This document shows, in pieces, positions 30,180-40,783 of a stretch of 64,000 nucleotides of DNA. The stretch's first letter is position 1. Every line of letters begins with the position of its first letter. The position numbers and the translations under genes are program-made. Location: positions 27,492 to 91,491 of the IMG/VR virus record IMGVR_UViG_3300008108_007099; one strand, given 5' to 3'. Source of the DNA: a virus. The notes beneath the pieces were generated by a model that saw only the letters and a list, made by a program, of their open reading frames with translations, was not told where the DNA came from and made no database searches.

Positions 30180-31626
30180 GATTATCGTTAATATATGTTT
30201 TAAAGAATGGCTGTTAGTTGAAGATGAAAAATCTCAGCTAGCAGAGTTTAGTGTATTGAAAAACGATTACATAAATCCTTTCATAGACAGGCTCATACAG
30301 CATGGAGATACACATCCCGGATTTTTGACTCCATCACAAAAAACCGAACTTATGCATCTTAAGACATCTGACGACTTGTTTCACATGATGTCTTCGGCAG
30401 ATCGGGGTTATTTTGACAAAGCTGGTGCATTGACAGATAGCGATAAAATTAAAAAACTCATCAACCGCGAAATCGGCAAACTGAATTTTGATGCTGCTGG
30501 TAACTTGGGAGATTTAATACATCAAGTCAATACTGCTAAAACCTCAAAAAGTCTTCCAGAATACGATCCAGAAAGCGATGCAACTCCTTACAGAAGACAT
30601 ACTGTTGACGACATAAAACAATTTTTAGATCACATTTTTAGTAGAAAAGTTATTTACACTACCAAGCGCGCCGAAAAAGATTTCGGGGGAACTGGCGGAG
30701 CAAAGGGTGCAACGGAAGATACGCCGGGCATCGAGGGATTAGCAAAGGTACAAGCAAAGGATCCAGAAGAGATTCGTGAACTTGGTGCAAACTTAGAGGC
30801 AAGGCGAAAGATAGACAAACTTTCAGATTGTGTCAGACTTATATTTACAAAACAGAATGAAAAATATGCTAGGAAAGCGAAAAACTATGCAAAGCAAGTT
30901 GAAAACTCAATAGCTGACCCAGAGGAAAAATTGTCTGTTTCGCAATTAGTAGATTTGAAATTAGCCAGTTTATTTCAAATTGTTTCAAGATACATGAATG
31001 AGCGCGTAACTTCTATAGACGAAAGAGGATTCCCAACTTCTAGTGATTTATTTGTACAAAAAGATATAGACAATGTTTTACAGGGCAGAGTTAAATTGCT
31101 CGATAGAATAGTCAAGAGTGAAAATTTTATTCCATATTTACGTAAACTCATCAAGGATAACGACCCTGTAGCGGTTGATTTAGAGAAGGCCGTGCTTGGA
31201 ATTCTATTTGTGGCGGCTGCCAAAAAAGCTTCGTCAACCTCCGGAAGTATCGCACAAGTTATGCCAGCCTTTATGGGATTGGAAGCAGTAAAATCAAACG
31301 CTGCAAATCAAAAATTCCTCCAGAATCTTAAAGAGAAATTCTTAGATGACAAAGTATTAACTGACAAATTTAATTTCAAAAAATTAGATGCTTTAAATGC
31401 AGTTTCAGAAGGAAAAGACGGAGCACTAGATTCTTACATGATTTCTCATACTTTTCCAGACATAAATAAGGGAACTGAAGAAGCAGCTACTTTCTTGAAT
31501 TTTATGGAAAAAATGAAAAACACGAAAGAGCCTTTAATAGGAGCAAGGGGCGAAAGACTGACGTTAGATCTTGAAAAAGATTGTGAAGATGTTGCGCAGA
31601 TTTTGCAAAAGGCTGGTGTTATATGA
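30172..31626 (+). CDS. Hypothetical protein, putative internal head protein
   Basis: 484 aa; N-terminal FKEWLLVE. Confidence 0.65.
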   Translation: MYKIIVNICFKEWLLVEDEKSQLAEFSVLKNDYINPFIDRLIQHGDTHPGFLTPSQKTELMHLKTSDDLFHMMSSADRGYFDKAGALTDSDKIKKLINREIGKLNFDAAGNLGDLIHQVNTAKTSKSLPEYDPESDATPYRRHTVDDIKQFLDHIFSRKVIYTTKRAEKDFGGTGGAKGATEDTPGIEGLAKVQAKDPEEIRELGANLEARRKIDKLSDCVRLIFTKQNEKYARKAKNYAKQVENSIADPEEKLSVSQLVDLKLASLFQIVSRYMNERVTSIDERGFPTSSDLFVQKDIDNVLQGRVKLLDRIVKSENFIPYLRKLIKDNDPVAVDLEKAVLGILFVAAAKKASSTSGSIAQVMPAFMGLEAVKSNAANQKFLQNLKEKFLDDKVLTDKFNFKKLDALNAVSEGKDGALDSYMISHTFPDINKGTEEAATFLNFMEKMKNTKEPLIGARGERLTLDLEKDCEDVAQILQKAGVI

Positions 31627-32195
31627 CAATTTATAATTGCAACGGTAGGCCATATCGACCTACTGGAAGTCTTCAGCAATTTGGCGATGAATTGCCAGAG
31701 CATGCCTTATTCAATCAATGGGATGAAGAATCTATAAGACAAGGTGGTTCTCCAATATTTTATTATGAACTTTTCGTAAATATGAACAATATCGATCCCA
31801 TTTATTTGGAGACGAGAACAAAAATATACAGTCCGCAACCTGTGCAATTATGGTGTTATTACGAACCAGTTCCAAGTCAAAATTATCAGACTCCTTTTGG
31901 AATAGACAGCCCAGATGATATGTTGTTTGAATTCAATTATCAAACTGTTTTAAAAACTCTTGGACATGTGCCAAAAATAGGAAGTAGATTTTTTACACCA
32001 TTTTTGAAAGAAAACTGGGTAATTATAGAACGAAAGACTGGCGAAATGAAAATGTACGGCGTGGTAAGATTACAATGTTTGTGTCAGAGATTCCAAGAAG
32101 ATTCTGTTTCTGGCACTTCTGTTAATGAATCGCAGGGAGTAAATTATAGCTCTGTACTTCAGCCAGTTACACAACCTACATATAAAATAATTTAA
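31623..32195 (+). CDS. gp14: Neck/head-completion protein, T4 gp14-like
   Basis: EESIRQGG.PIFYY, DPIYLE, FGIDSPD, PKIG; located between gp13- and gp15-like genes. Confidence 0.65.
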   Translation: MTIYNCNGRPYRPTGSLQQFGDELPEHALFNQWDEESIRQGGSPIFYYELFVNMNNIDPIYLETRTKIYSPQPVQLWCYYEPVPSQNYQTPFGIDSPDDMLFEFNYQTVLKTLGHVPKIGSRFFTPFLKENWVIIERKTGEMKMYGVVRLQCLCQRFQEDSVSGTSVNESQGVNYSSVLQPVTQPTYKII

Positions 32196-32205
32196 AGGAG
32201 CATTT

Positions 32206-32895
32206 ATGAAAAGTTTTTTTGAATTTTACGACAAACTTAAGTCTAAGAGGCTTAATGAGCAGGACGCCATGGTGCCACCAAATATGGGCATGGGACAAGC
32301 ACCTCCCGGTGGTCAAATGCCTAGTGCAGGAGGCATGGATAGCATGGGTGCTCCCGGTCAAGTTGCCGGGCAACAAGGAATGAACCTTGACGCACCGCAA
32401 GATATGGGTGGTATGGATCAGCTTGATGCTGACCAAGATGAGGGCAAGGAAGATTCTGACAGCCAAACCGCGCCACCAGAAGGAGAGGCCACAGCAGAAT
32501 CTTTGTACCCCACGATTGACACTCTTATTAAATTCGTCAAGGATTACAGCGTTGGCGATGATGATGACAAAGATCAAAAGCGCGAAGAGCTTTTGTCGCA
32601 ACTTGATGCGATTAAAAACAATATCGCTGATTTAACAGGAGTCCAGCCTCCATCAGGTCCATCCGACGAAGAGAGTGATGACAGCGTTGGGGCTAATCAG
32701 ATTGACGCTTCAGCAGATGAAATTCCACCGGGAAAGCAAACTGCTTACGGTGGTGAATTCGGTGACCAAGCTGGAGGAGCAAGCATGCCAAATATGGACG
32801 GAACAGGAAACATGTACGGCAACATGGATGGAGGTTCTAACCCTGCCACTACCGGTGGCGGCGCACTTGGATTTGGCGGCGCATTCGCCGGATAA
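32206..32895 (+). CDS. Acidic low-complexity protein, putative internal head protein
   Basis: SD AAGGAG; MKSFFEFY...RLNE; Gly/Met/Asp-rich. Confidence 0.7.
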   Translation: MKSFFEFYDKLKSKRLNEQDAMVPPNMGMGQAPPGGQMPSAGGMDSMGAPGQVAGQQGMNLDAPQDMGGMDQLDADQDEGKEDSDSQTAPPEGEATAESLYPTIDTLIKFVKDYSVGDDDDKDQKREELLSQLDAIKNNIADLTGVQPPSGPSDEESDDSVGANQIDASADEIPPGKQTAYGGEFGDQAGGASMPNMDGTGNMYGNMDGGSNPATTGGGALGFGGAFAG

Positions 32896-32914
32896 TAGAT
32901 GTATTATTGAATTC

Positions 32915-32944
32915 AAAAGGAGGATCATTGGATCCTCCTTTTTT
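32915..32944. terminator. Bidirectional intrinsic terminator
   Basis: AAAAGGAGGATC-ATTG-GATCCTCCTTTT(TT) between convergent genes. Confidence 0.85.
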
Positions 32945-33731
32945 ATTTAAATAGCTTCAATTTCAACTTTACATAATTTTCAACTTTCATGCTAAGCTTG
33001 TTAACTAATAATTTTAATTGCACCAGCCCATATAATTGTACATACTTTGATAATTTTTTATATAGATTGTCGAAATAATTATGTTGATTGTCTTTGTAAC
33101 CTCTGGCTATTATGCTTCTCCTGTTGGCAAATGTTGCAGCTTGCCATCTTCTATTGTTCTTTAATTCTGTACTCATTTCCTCTATAGTAATTTTTTCATT
33201 TAACACAGGAAATACTTGGCATATCTTATCGCCTTTCTTGAACCGTAGTGCCTGTCCTTCTCTGGGACTATTAAATACTATGAAGAATAAACTGCTCCAC
33301 CAACTTGTTTCAAGGTGACCTGAAATTACGCATGCAACATTATCTTCTGAGTAGAATCTAGGATGATTTTCTATTCTCAAAACGTATTTTTCATCGACCA
33401 TAATATCCAAGCATGTATTCATGCTAAAGTGTTTTTCTCCTAAACAACCAACTGGTATACCTATTTTTTGAACTATTTCTGTGTCTTTCTTCCAATTATC
33501 TTCTGCAATTATTTGTATTTTACCATTCGTTTTACTGACGGTTATTTCTGTATTGAATGGATAACATATTTCTATCCCATAAGTATTTGCATCAACGAAT
33601 GGTTTGCACATGTAAGGTTGTATTTTTTGTTCTTTTCTGTGCTCGGTAGGCGCGCCAGACCAGCCTTCTAATTCCAAATGTATTGGTTTTGGAGCAAATT
33701 CATTGTTTAAATGTCTGTATTTCAAATGCAT
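32943..33731 (-). CDS. DUF6065-like hypothetical protein
   Basis: C.PFVDAN.YG, ISGHLETSWW, F.KGD.ICQVFP. Start moved to 33731 after GGAG. Confidence 0.6.
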   Translation of the reverse strand: MHLKYRHLNNEFAPKPIHLELEGWSGAPTEHRKEQKIQPYMCKPFVDANTYGIEICYPFNTEITVSKTNGKIQIIAEDNWKKDTEIVQKIGIPVGCLGEKHFSMNTCLDIMVDEKYVLRIENHPRFYSEDNVACVISGHLETSWWSSLFFIVFNSPREGQALRFKKGDKICQVFPVLNEKITIEEMSTELKNNRRWQAATFANRRSIIARGYKDNQHNYFDNLYKKLSKYVQLYGLVQLKLLVNKLSMKVENYVKLKLKLFK

Positions 33732-33764
33732 TTTTAACTCCAAGTACATAACTATTTTAGTACT

Positions 33765-34763
33765 ATGCAACCTATAGGCCCAAATCCAAATTCGTATGGC
33801 AAGTCTCTTAATGACTGCCAAGACCAATCACCGATGTGGAGGTCGGAAAACATTGATCCACCACCGGGATTTTGCGACCAGCCACCGGATAATCAGAACA
33901 ATCAAGCAAACAAAATACCAGCACCTTCTGACTGGTTTGATGACTTTCTAGACAAGAAATATATGCTGGGATCACAAAACAATGCTGATCCTATGCAAAC
34001 CGGACAAATTGTAAACAATCTTAATCCTCCAAACAGGAATGTCGTTTATCGATATGCAAGGTCGCTAAGGTCTTGTGACGAAGCTGTAATGGATTTGTTT
34101 AGAAATTTAGTTGTAATTGATGACGATGGGAAGAGCCATCAAGTACCTATCATATGGGCAACACAAGAACGCGCAGTTGCCGCCGTAGTTCAACAAAACG
34201 TTAGAAAAGATCTTACCTTGGTTGTTGACAGAATCAGGCTCCCCATGTTGGCCATCAGTTCTACGGAATATGCAATTGATCCATCTCGATACACATATCA
34301 CAAGGCAATAAATTTCTTGAGTGATAACAAAGGATTGCCAACATTTGTGGAATCTGAAAGGTTTGAAAGAGATACGGTATTTGGGTTAGCAAGAGGCATT
34401 CCAATTAATATTGGCTACACAATGTACGCATGGACTCTTCAACTTGAGGACATGAACCAAATACTAGAACAAATCCTAACTAAATTCTCTCCTGTTGCAT
34501 ATATAAAAGTCAGAGGAGTACTCTGGGAAGTCTGCGTCAAATTAGATTCGATAGCAAACAATTTGGAAACAGAGCCCGGGGATGCTGCTTTAAGAGTAAT
34601 TAAGTTTCAATTTGGTATCACTGCCGAAACTTACGTTAATCAGCCGATTACACGAAACAAGGCAGTCCTTAATACTAAAGTTGATTTTGTTAATTCTCTT
34701 AATGAAGCGGAAATCTCAGAGGTAATTAAACGTCTGGAAGAATCGGTAGAAGGGGTACAATGA
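33765..34763 (+). CDS. gp15: Tail sheath stabiliser/terminator, T4 gp15-like
   Basis: VPIIWATQER, RLPMLAI, PINIGYTM..W..QLEDMNQILEQI..KFSP; directly upstream of the sheath gene. Confidence 0.75.
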   Translation: MQPIGPNPNSYGKSLNDCQDQSPMWRSENIDPPPGFCDQPPDNQNNQANKIPAPSDWFDDFLDKKYMLGSQNNADPMQTGQIVNNLNPPNRNVVYRYARSLRSCDEAVMDLFRNLVVIDDDGKSHQVPIIWATQERAVAAVVQQNVRKDLTLVVDRIRLPMLAISSTEYAIDPSRYTYHKAINFLSDNKGLPTFVESERFERDTVFGLARGIPINIGYTMYAWTLQLEDMNQILEQILTKFSPVAYIKVRGVLWEVCVKLDSIANNLETEPGDAALRVIKFQFGITAETYVNQPITRNKAVLNTKVDFVNSLNEAEISEVIKRLEESVEGVQ

Positions 34764-34963
34764 TTGAAATAACCAATATGCAGAAATCGCCAATACAATT
34801 GATTATCAAATCAAAGCGCGCTTTGCATTCATATGATGTGATAGATATTCCCGGCGTTGGGAACGGACAAAATAAAATATTGATAGAAGAACATCTGCAT
34901 ACACCATATATAGATAGGGCAGAGAAGTCTGGTTATATCAAACAGAGAATTTTGAAAGATTAA
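34760..34963 (+). CDS. Hypothetical protein
   Basis: 67 aa; ATGA overlap with the previous gene. Confidence 0.6.
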   Translation: MIEITNMQKSPIQLIIKSKRALHSYDVIDIPGVGNGQNKILIEEHLHTPYIDRAEKSGYIKQRILKD

Positions 34964-34979
34964 GACATAGGAGTAAATT

Positions 34980-37544
34980 ATGGCACTATTACAAAGTTTT
35001 CCGCCTTCAAACACAATAAGTCCTTCGGTCAGATTCACCGAACAAGACTTAACTTTGCTTACAACGACTCCAGCAACCAATGCTATTGGTTTGGTTGGAT
35101 TTGCTAGTAAGGGCCCCATCAATACCCCTACTTTAGTAACGTCAACTTATGAATTACATACTCTGTTTGGCTACCCGCATCCTTCCCAAGGATACGCGCC
35201 ATACTTGATGTATGCTGCACAAAATGCTTTGGCTTTCACAAATGCAGTTTGGATTGTGCGTGTAGCAGATACTGATCCCAACTCTTTGTATTACGCAACC
35301 ACAGCTAGCAAACAAGTACCTGCTGCAGGCGGTTTGCTTAAAGTCCATGGAGCATTGTTTGACGTAGGCGACACCATTTCTTATCCCGGCGTTGCAGACT
35401 ATACATATAGCTTCCGTTGGGCTCTTAACGGAGTACTAAGCAGTAAGGTTGTTAAGTTGCGTACTGATGCTGGAAGACCAGCTCCGTTTACTGGTGTTCC
35501 TTACACTGTACCGGAAATTGTTGATGAGCTAAATCTAAGTCTAAATCCAACGATTGATGGTGTCGAGTTCTTCTTGTATACTGACTCAAGCACAGGTCAG
35601 GAAGCAGTTGGGTTCCAGACAGTTTGGGCCTATGGCGACCAGTCCAGCTTAGAGCTAATCAGCGTACTTGACAATCTTGTTGGATCTACGCCTGCCACTA
35701 CAGGAACTGCTCCTAATTACACTAACGTTAATAACGCTATCGGTTTAGGCAATGATATGACTGTTCCTGTTAAAACAGGCACTGCAACTCACTATCCTGC
35801 TTCCGCTTCAGTCGTTACACCCGGAATTTGGGACTTCCCAGTCGGCACTTACAACTTACAGGTAGTAACTGATGGATCTGGGCTTGTTAGCGTTGACAAC
35901 GTTATTAGAACTTATGATTTCTCTACATTATTAAGTGGAGCTTCCTATCCTACTACAGCACTTTTGGTTGCTGATTTGAATACAGCTATCACAACTATCG
36001 ACCCAACTGTTGCAGGTGTTCCTCTTGAAGGAGTGCCAGTTTGCTTCCAGTTTGCAGCTAGTTCTGATGCTGTCCAAGTCACAACCAACACCGCTCTAAC
36101 GGATGGTCAGGGATTGCTATGTGGTAGAAATGCCAAGATTAATGTTCGCGGCGGTACTCTCGCTGCAATATTCGGATTTAATGCTGCTGGCGTAACTGGA
36201 CTAACACCTGACGGTGTAGCTGACAACGAGGACAGCGATGCTAATGACGGTATGTGGATTGGAACTAACAGCATTCCTGTTACCGATCCAACTTATTACA
36301 CATTCGAGCTATTTGCTGACAGCCCGGGCATAGAAGGCAATCAGACCTTTGTTACCTTCAAGAAATATCCTGAAGGCAATACATTCAGCATGGATGTGTT
36401 CCTTCTAAATCCCGTAACAAATGCAACTCTTCAGGTTGAAGGATGGGGTAATCTTTCTAAGGACCCAGACTCTGCTTTCTATATCCAAACTTACATTAAT
36501 AGTTTTAGCAACTACATCAGGGTTCTAGACAATACAGCTACTACTGCACCTCCCGCAGATACTAGCAACCAACAATCTGTCGCACAGAATGATATTCGTT
36601 TGAGCGGCGGTTCAGATGGATATCCTGTCGGCGAGACTGCTTTGCGTGACGCCTTGTTGATAGGCAGTCCTGTCAATATGAGTGGCGTTTATGCCTTCAG
36701 CGACCCAGAGCAGATCAATATCGACCTTTGTGCTGTTCCCGGTGGTACAACGACCATTGTAATAGATGGACTTATCTCAATGTGCGAAGAGTATCGTCAG
36801 GATTGCCTTGCAGTTATCGATCCGCCAGCCGGATTGACTCCTACCGAAGTAGTTCAATGGCAGAATGGCCAAAGCCCTGTTAACTCTCAGAGATTCAACA
36901 GCGATTTTGCCGCTCTCTACTGGCCTTGGATCATGATCTATGACAGCTACAATAACTTCAATGTTTGGTGTCCTCCTAGCGTTGGCACAGTAGCTGCTAT
37001 AGTGAATAGCGACAACATTAGCGCTCCTTGGTTTGCTCCTGCTGGCATTCAAAGAGGTGTTGTGCCTAACGTTATTGACGTTGCATATGTGCCTACTCTC
37101 AAAGAGAAGGACAACATGTATGGCAACCAAAACGCTGTCAACCCGATCGTACGCTATGCTGGATCACCAGATTACGTCATCTGGGGCCAGAAGACTCTAC
37201 AGCGTGCTCCTACGGCTCTTGACCGCATTAATGTTCGTAGAATGATGTTCTATGTCGAGAAGCAGATCAGAAGTCTATCTCGTCAACTTCTATTCCAGCC
37301 TCACACAGACTCGCTTAGAAGGCAATTCATTCTTCTTGCTAATGGCGTGTTGAACAACGTTCAAAACAACCAAGGCATTACAGCCTACAAGGTGGTTTGC
37401 GATGAAAATCTCAATCCTCCCGAGGTAATTGATCGAAACGAGTTAAGAGCGCAAATCGGAATCGTTCCGACTAGAGCTGTTGAATTCATCTTTATTGAAT
37501 TCACACTCTACAGAACTGGTGCATTAGATACGGTAACAGCTTAA
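34980..37544 (+). CDS. gp18: Contractile tail sheath protein
   Basis: SPSVRFTEQD, VGFASKGP, WFAPAG..RG, IWGQKTL, DRINVRR, PTRAVEFI. Confidence 0.95.
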   Translation: MALLQSFPPSNTISPSVRFTEQDLTLLTTTPATNAIGLVGFASKGPINTPTLVTSTYELHTLFGYPHPSQGYAPYLMYAAQNALAFTNAVWIVRVADTDPNSLYYATTASKQVPAAGGLLKVHGALFDVGDTISYPGVADYTYSFRWALNGVLSSKVVKLRTDAGRPAPFTGVPYTVPEIVDELNLSLNPTIDGVEFFLYTDSSTGQEAVGFQTVWAYGDQSSLELISVLDNLVGSTPATTGTAPNYTNVNNAIGLGNDMTVPVKTGTATHYPASASVVTPGIWDFPVGTYNLQVVTDGSGLVSVDNVIRTYDFSTLLSGASYPTTALLVADLNTAITTIDPTVAGVPLEGVPVCFQFAASSDAVQVTTNTALTDGQGLLCGRNAKINVRGGTLAAIFGFNAAGVTGLTPDGVADNEDSDANDGMWIGTNSIPVTDPTYYTFELFADSPGIEGNQTFVTFKKYPEGNTFSMDVFLLNPVTNATLQVEGWGNLSKDPDSAFYIQTYINSFSNYIRVLDNTATTAPPADTSNQQSVAQNDIRLSGGSDGYPVGETALRDALLIGSPVNMSGVYAFSDPEQINIDLCAVPGGTTTIVIDGLISMCEEYRQDCLAVIDPPAGLTPTEVVQWQNGQSPVNSQRFNSDFAALYWPWIMIYDSYNNFNVWCPPSVGTVAAIVNSDNISAPWFAPAGIQRGVVPNVIDVAYVPTLKEKDNMYGNQNAVNPIVRYAGSPDYVIWGQKTLQRAPTALDRINVRRMMFYVEKQIRSLSRQLLFQPHTDSLRRQFILLANGVLNNVQNNQGITAYKVVCDENLNPPEVIDRNELRAQIGIVPTRAVEFIFIEFTLYRTGALDTVTA

Positions 37545-37565
37545 TAGTTAAAAGGAGATATAAAT

Positions 37566-38201
37566 ATGGCAGATCCAATTATGATGGGCATAGGCCCAAT
37601 AGGAACAACAAACGACATCATCTTCAAGAGGAAGTTTAGATGGACATTTGAAGTAAATCAGGTTTGCGGCGGTGGAAACACTTTCGGACAAATTCCTGCT
37701 TCATTCGTCAAAGTTGCGTCTAGACCGAATGTTTCTTTTGATGAAACTGAAATTAACTTCTTACAGGGAAAAATGTATATCCCCGGTAAGGCGACATTTG
37801 AGACTGTCACAGTAACCTACTATGACATTACTCCTGTCCGCAGCACAACAATCCTTAACTTGTATAACTGGATTGGTTCAGTTTACAATTTCCTCGGCGA
37901 GCCAACATTGGCCAACAATATGGCAGGAAGCTGGGAGAATCCCACCATGTCCTCGTTTGGCAATGGTGTTGGCGGATACGGTGGCACTGGCATTCTAACC
38001 ATGTATGATGGTGGCGGCGCTCCTCTAGAGCAGTGGACACTATACACATGCTGGCCACAATCTGTTAACTTTGGCGACTTGGATTACAGCAGCAGCGACG
38101 AGTGTAATATTGAGTTAACTCTTCGTTACACGTTTGCTAAGTGGCGTAACCTTTGCGGATACGAGCAACCGAACCCCTGCTACGCCGGCTGCCGTTTCTA
38201 A
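37566..38201 (+). CDS. gp19: Tail tube protein
   Basis: KRKFRW, RPNVSF, PGKATF, EQWTL..CWP.SVNFGDLDY, LTLRY; follows the sheath gene. Confidence 0.9.
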   Translation: MADPIMMGIGPIGTTNDIIFKRKFRWTFEVNQVCGGGNTFGQIPASFVKVASRPNVSFDETEINFLQGKMYIPGKATFETVTVTYYDITPVRSTTILNLYNWIGSVYNFLGEPTLANNMAGSWENPTMSSFGNGVGGYGGTGILTMYDGGGAPLEQWTLYTCWPQSVNFGDLDYSSSDECNIELTLRYTFAKWRNLCGYEQPNPCYAGCRF

Positions 38202-38223
38202 TATTGAGAATTATCACCAGTTC

Positions 38224-38260
38224 AAAATCCCCGTCTTTGAAATAAAAAGACGGGGATTTT
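38224..38260 (+). terminator. Intrinsic terminator after the sheath-tube operon
   Basis: 15-bp stem AAAATCCCCGTCTTT / AAAGACGGGGATTTT. Confidence 0.85.
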
Positions 38261-38294
38261 CTCTTTTATAGATATATATTTTTGGAGGATTTTT

Positions 38295-38867
38295 ATGCGT
38301 GCTGAAGGCGAGATGGGGATATGGAGTCTCGATAACTTCGTAATGAAGAGGCAGTTTCGCTGGCTTTTCAGTATCGAGAATATTGTTGGCAAACCTGAAG
38401 CTAACACCGTAAATGTAAAACCTCCACTAAAATCACAAAGGCCCAATATTAGCTTCAAAGAAATTCCTCTAGAACATCAAAGCGAAACTATTTACATGCC
38501 GGGAAAAGTTGAATGGAAGCCTATAAATTTAACAGTTTATGATGTTGCAGCTTATTCATTGTTCAATGGTGCCTGCAGGCTAATAGACAATAATGTTTAC
38601 AGATGGATTAAATTGTTTTATTGGCCAGAAAATTCTACATACGGGTTCGCCACAAATCAGAACCCCAATACGTCTTTCAAAAGACCAGCTTTCTTGACTA
38701 TGCTTGATGGTCAAGGTGGAGTATTAGAGCAATGGCAATTCGACAACGCTTGGTGTCAAGACGTTAATTTTGGCGAACTTGATATGGCAGGATCAGACGT
38801 TATGACTATAGACCTTACTTTGAGATATGACCGAGCCTATATAATTGGACCGCGCTTGCCTGCTTAA
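38295..38867 (+). CDS. Second tail tube-fold protein
   Basis: Same motifs as 37566 (KRQFRW, RPNISF, PGK, VNFGELD, LTLRYD); own ATAGATATATA element and GGAGG. Confidence 0.85.
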   Translation: MRAEGEMGIWSLDNFVMKRQFRWLFSIENIVGKPEANTVNVKPPLKSQRPNISFKEIPLEHQSETIYMPGKVEWKPINLTVYDVAAYSLFNGACRLIDNNVYRWIKLFYWPENSTYGFATNQNPNTSFKRPAFLTMLDGQGGVLEQWQFDNAWCQDVNFGELDMAGSDVMTIDLTLRYDRAYIIGPRLPA

Positions 38868-38869
38868 TT

Positions 38870-39106
38870 TCAGTCGTGCATTTGCTCAAATTTAATCATA
38901 TGCCTGCACTTGCTTAGAAATTCATCTAATTGCTTTGGTTTTAAACCCAAAACCCTGCAAGCCCCGCTTTTATTCAGGCGTCCCTTTTTAGTATATACTT
39001 TGCTCTCATTTAAAAGCAATGCTTCTATTTGTTTGCCTAAACCGCTTTTTTCTAGAATATCAAGTATCTCTTGTCTTTCTATAATATCAACAAAATGATT
39101 TTTCAT
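38870..39106 (-). CDS. Small HTH-like protein
   Basis: GRLNKSGACRVLGLKPKQL; downstream of the late sigma gene. Confidence 0.6.
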   Translation of the reverse strand: MKNHFVDIIERQEILDILEKSGLGKQIEALLLNESKVYTKKGRLNKSGACRVLGLKPKQLDEFLSKCRHMIKFEQMHD

Positions 39107-39121
39107 AATATAAATTATAGC

Positions 39122-39643
39122 CTAATGGTTTTTCTTTTTCTCTTTTTTTCTACCAGACATAACTGGATTACCATTCTTTATAGCAAATATTTTACTATAT
39201 TTCTTTTTAAGCTCGTTATAGTTCTTAGCTGTGCGCCATAGTTGCCTAAAGTGATTTAGTATGCAGGTTGTCATATAGTTAAAAGCTTTACCCTTACTTG
39301 GGTCAAATTTTTCTACTCTTTCAAAGCAGATAAGAACACCCTCTTGTATGGCGTCGTCCTCATCTATGTTACTAAACTTAGCATATCTTACTATATTTTT
39401 AGACAAAGTATAGAAAGCGTCTGCAAGTATTTTTTGTGCAGAAGTAAGGTCATCACTTGCTCGCACAATTTCTATATTGTCAAGGGCCAGAGGCACCATG
39501 ACACTATTTTTTACTTGAAAGATAGACCTTTGAAAATTAAGATCTTCTAAAAGAATTTGAAATTTATTTTGTTGTTTTTTGGCTGTTTGGAATCTTATAA
39601 TAATAGATTCAAAACTTTTATTATTTAAATATTCGGATGACAT
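39122..39643 (-). CDS. gp55: Late-transcription sigma factor, T4 gp55-like
   Basis: YLNNK N-terminus; DDAIQEGVLICF....KFDPSKGKAFNYMTTCI.NHFRQ. Confidence 0.85.
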   Translation of the reverse strand: MSSEYLNNKSFESIIIRFQTAKKQQNKFQILLEDLNFQRSIFQVKNSVMVPLALDNIEIVRASDDLTSAQKILADAFYTLSKNIVRYAKFSNIDEDDAIQEGVLICFERVEKFDPSKGKAFNYMTTCILNHFRQLWRTAKNYNELKKKYSKIFAIKNGNPVMSGRKKEKKKNH

Positions 39644-39673
39644 AATCTAATATATTAACCTATTAAAAATTTT

Positions 39674-40402
39674 ATGCAAACTTTTTTAGCGATTCCAGCC
39701 AACTCTGACATCCAATTGCGGACAAATAACTCAAAATTTTGTCCGGATGTAATTATATATCAAAAAGAAGAAGAAATACATAAAGATAAAAAAGTTGTAA
39801 TATTGAGAGATGACGAGAAAATATTATCCTGTTCAAATATAAATGAAATAAATAAATTTTGCATTAAAAGCGGAGAATGGCTTATCAAAGACAATACCAG
39901 ATTAAGAAATGCTTCTCAATCTGCTAAAATAGCACCAATTATTGTTGAAACAAATAAAAATTTGCATCCGTGCATATTGGACAAAACTTTACAATATGAA
40001 TATGAAAAAAAAGATTATGTGCAATTTGCAAATTTAGCAGAACAATATTTCTTTGAAAATGGATTTTACAAAGATTTGTTTTTGCTCTATTATCAAAGTG
40101 TAATCTTGTTCTTTAAGTTAGATAAGCACAAAGAAGCCCAAGATAAATTATCCCTTCTTCTGAACAAGAATGATTCTTTGGCTGAAGGGTGGTGTCTACT
40201 GGGAGATTTTCTAGTACATAAAAAAATATTTCATGAAGCTAAGCGCGCTTATGCTCTCGCGATACAAAAAGGCCAAACCAGAGATATCTATGACGACCTT
40301 CCGGTTTGGCCTAAAAAATATGAAAAGTATCCAAAGGAAAAAATACAAGAAATAGATAAACTTATGGAAGAAACCAAAGTTATATCAGTGGACAATTTCT
40401 AA
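39674..40402 (+). CDS. TPR-containing protein
   Basis: AEGWCLLGD...EAKRAYALA TPR motif. Confidence 0.6.
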   Translation: MQTFLAIPANSDIQLRTNNSKFCPDVIIYQKEEEIHKDKKVVILRDDEKILSCSNINEINKFCIKSGEWLIKDNTRLRNASQSAKIAPIIVETNKNLHPCILDKTLQYEYEKKDYVQFANLAEQYFFENGFYKDLFLLYYQSVILFFKLDKHKEAQDKLSLLLNKNDSLAEGWCLLGDFLVHKKIFHEAKRAYALAIQKGQTRDIYDDLPVWPKKYEKYPKEKIQEIDKLMEETKVISVDNF

Positions 40403-40783
40403 TTCGTTAACTACCACTGTGACTTGGTCTTCCCACCTGCTTACTGTGATCTGCTTTCTGCCGGGAGGTAGGCGCTGCAAATTTTCTTCTAATTCTCCAA
40501 TAGAACAATTAATTACTTTGAAAACATTTTTTGCAAGTCTTTTTGTTTGCTCTTGAACTTGCTGTTCAGGATTCACGTATGTCTTGTCAGGGTAGTAAGC
40601 GGTTATTTGCTCCCTAGCTTCATTCAATATCTGATTGTATATCTTCAGGTTACATGAACAATTAGGATTAGCTAAGAATTTTTGAACAGGATCTTTAAGA
40701 GATTCCGGAAGCGTGTTTCTGAAATTCTCATCCTTTAAAGCATTTTTTACATCAAGTACTGATATTGGTGCTGACATTTTCAA
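40385..40783 (-). CDS. Hypothetical protein
   Basis: ~130-aa ORF (NPNCSCN); AAGGAG upstream. Confidence 0.65.
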   Translation of the reverse strand: MKMSAPISVLDVKNALKDENFRNTLPESLKDPVQKFLANPNCSCNLKIYNQILNEAREQITAYYPDKTYVNPEQQVQEQTKRLAKNVFKVINCSIGELEENLQRLPPGRKQITVSRWEDQVTVVVNELEIVH

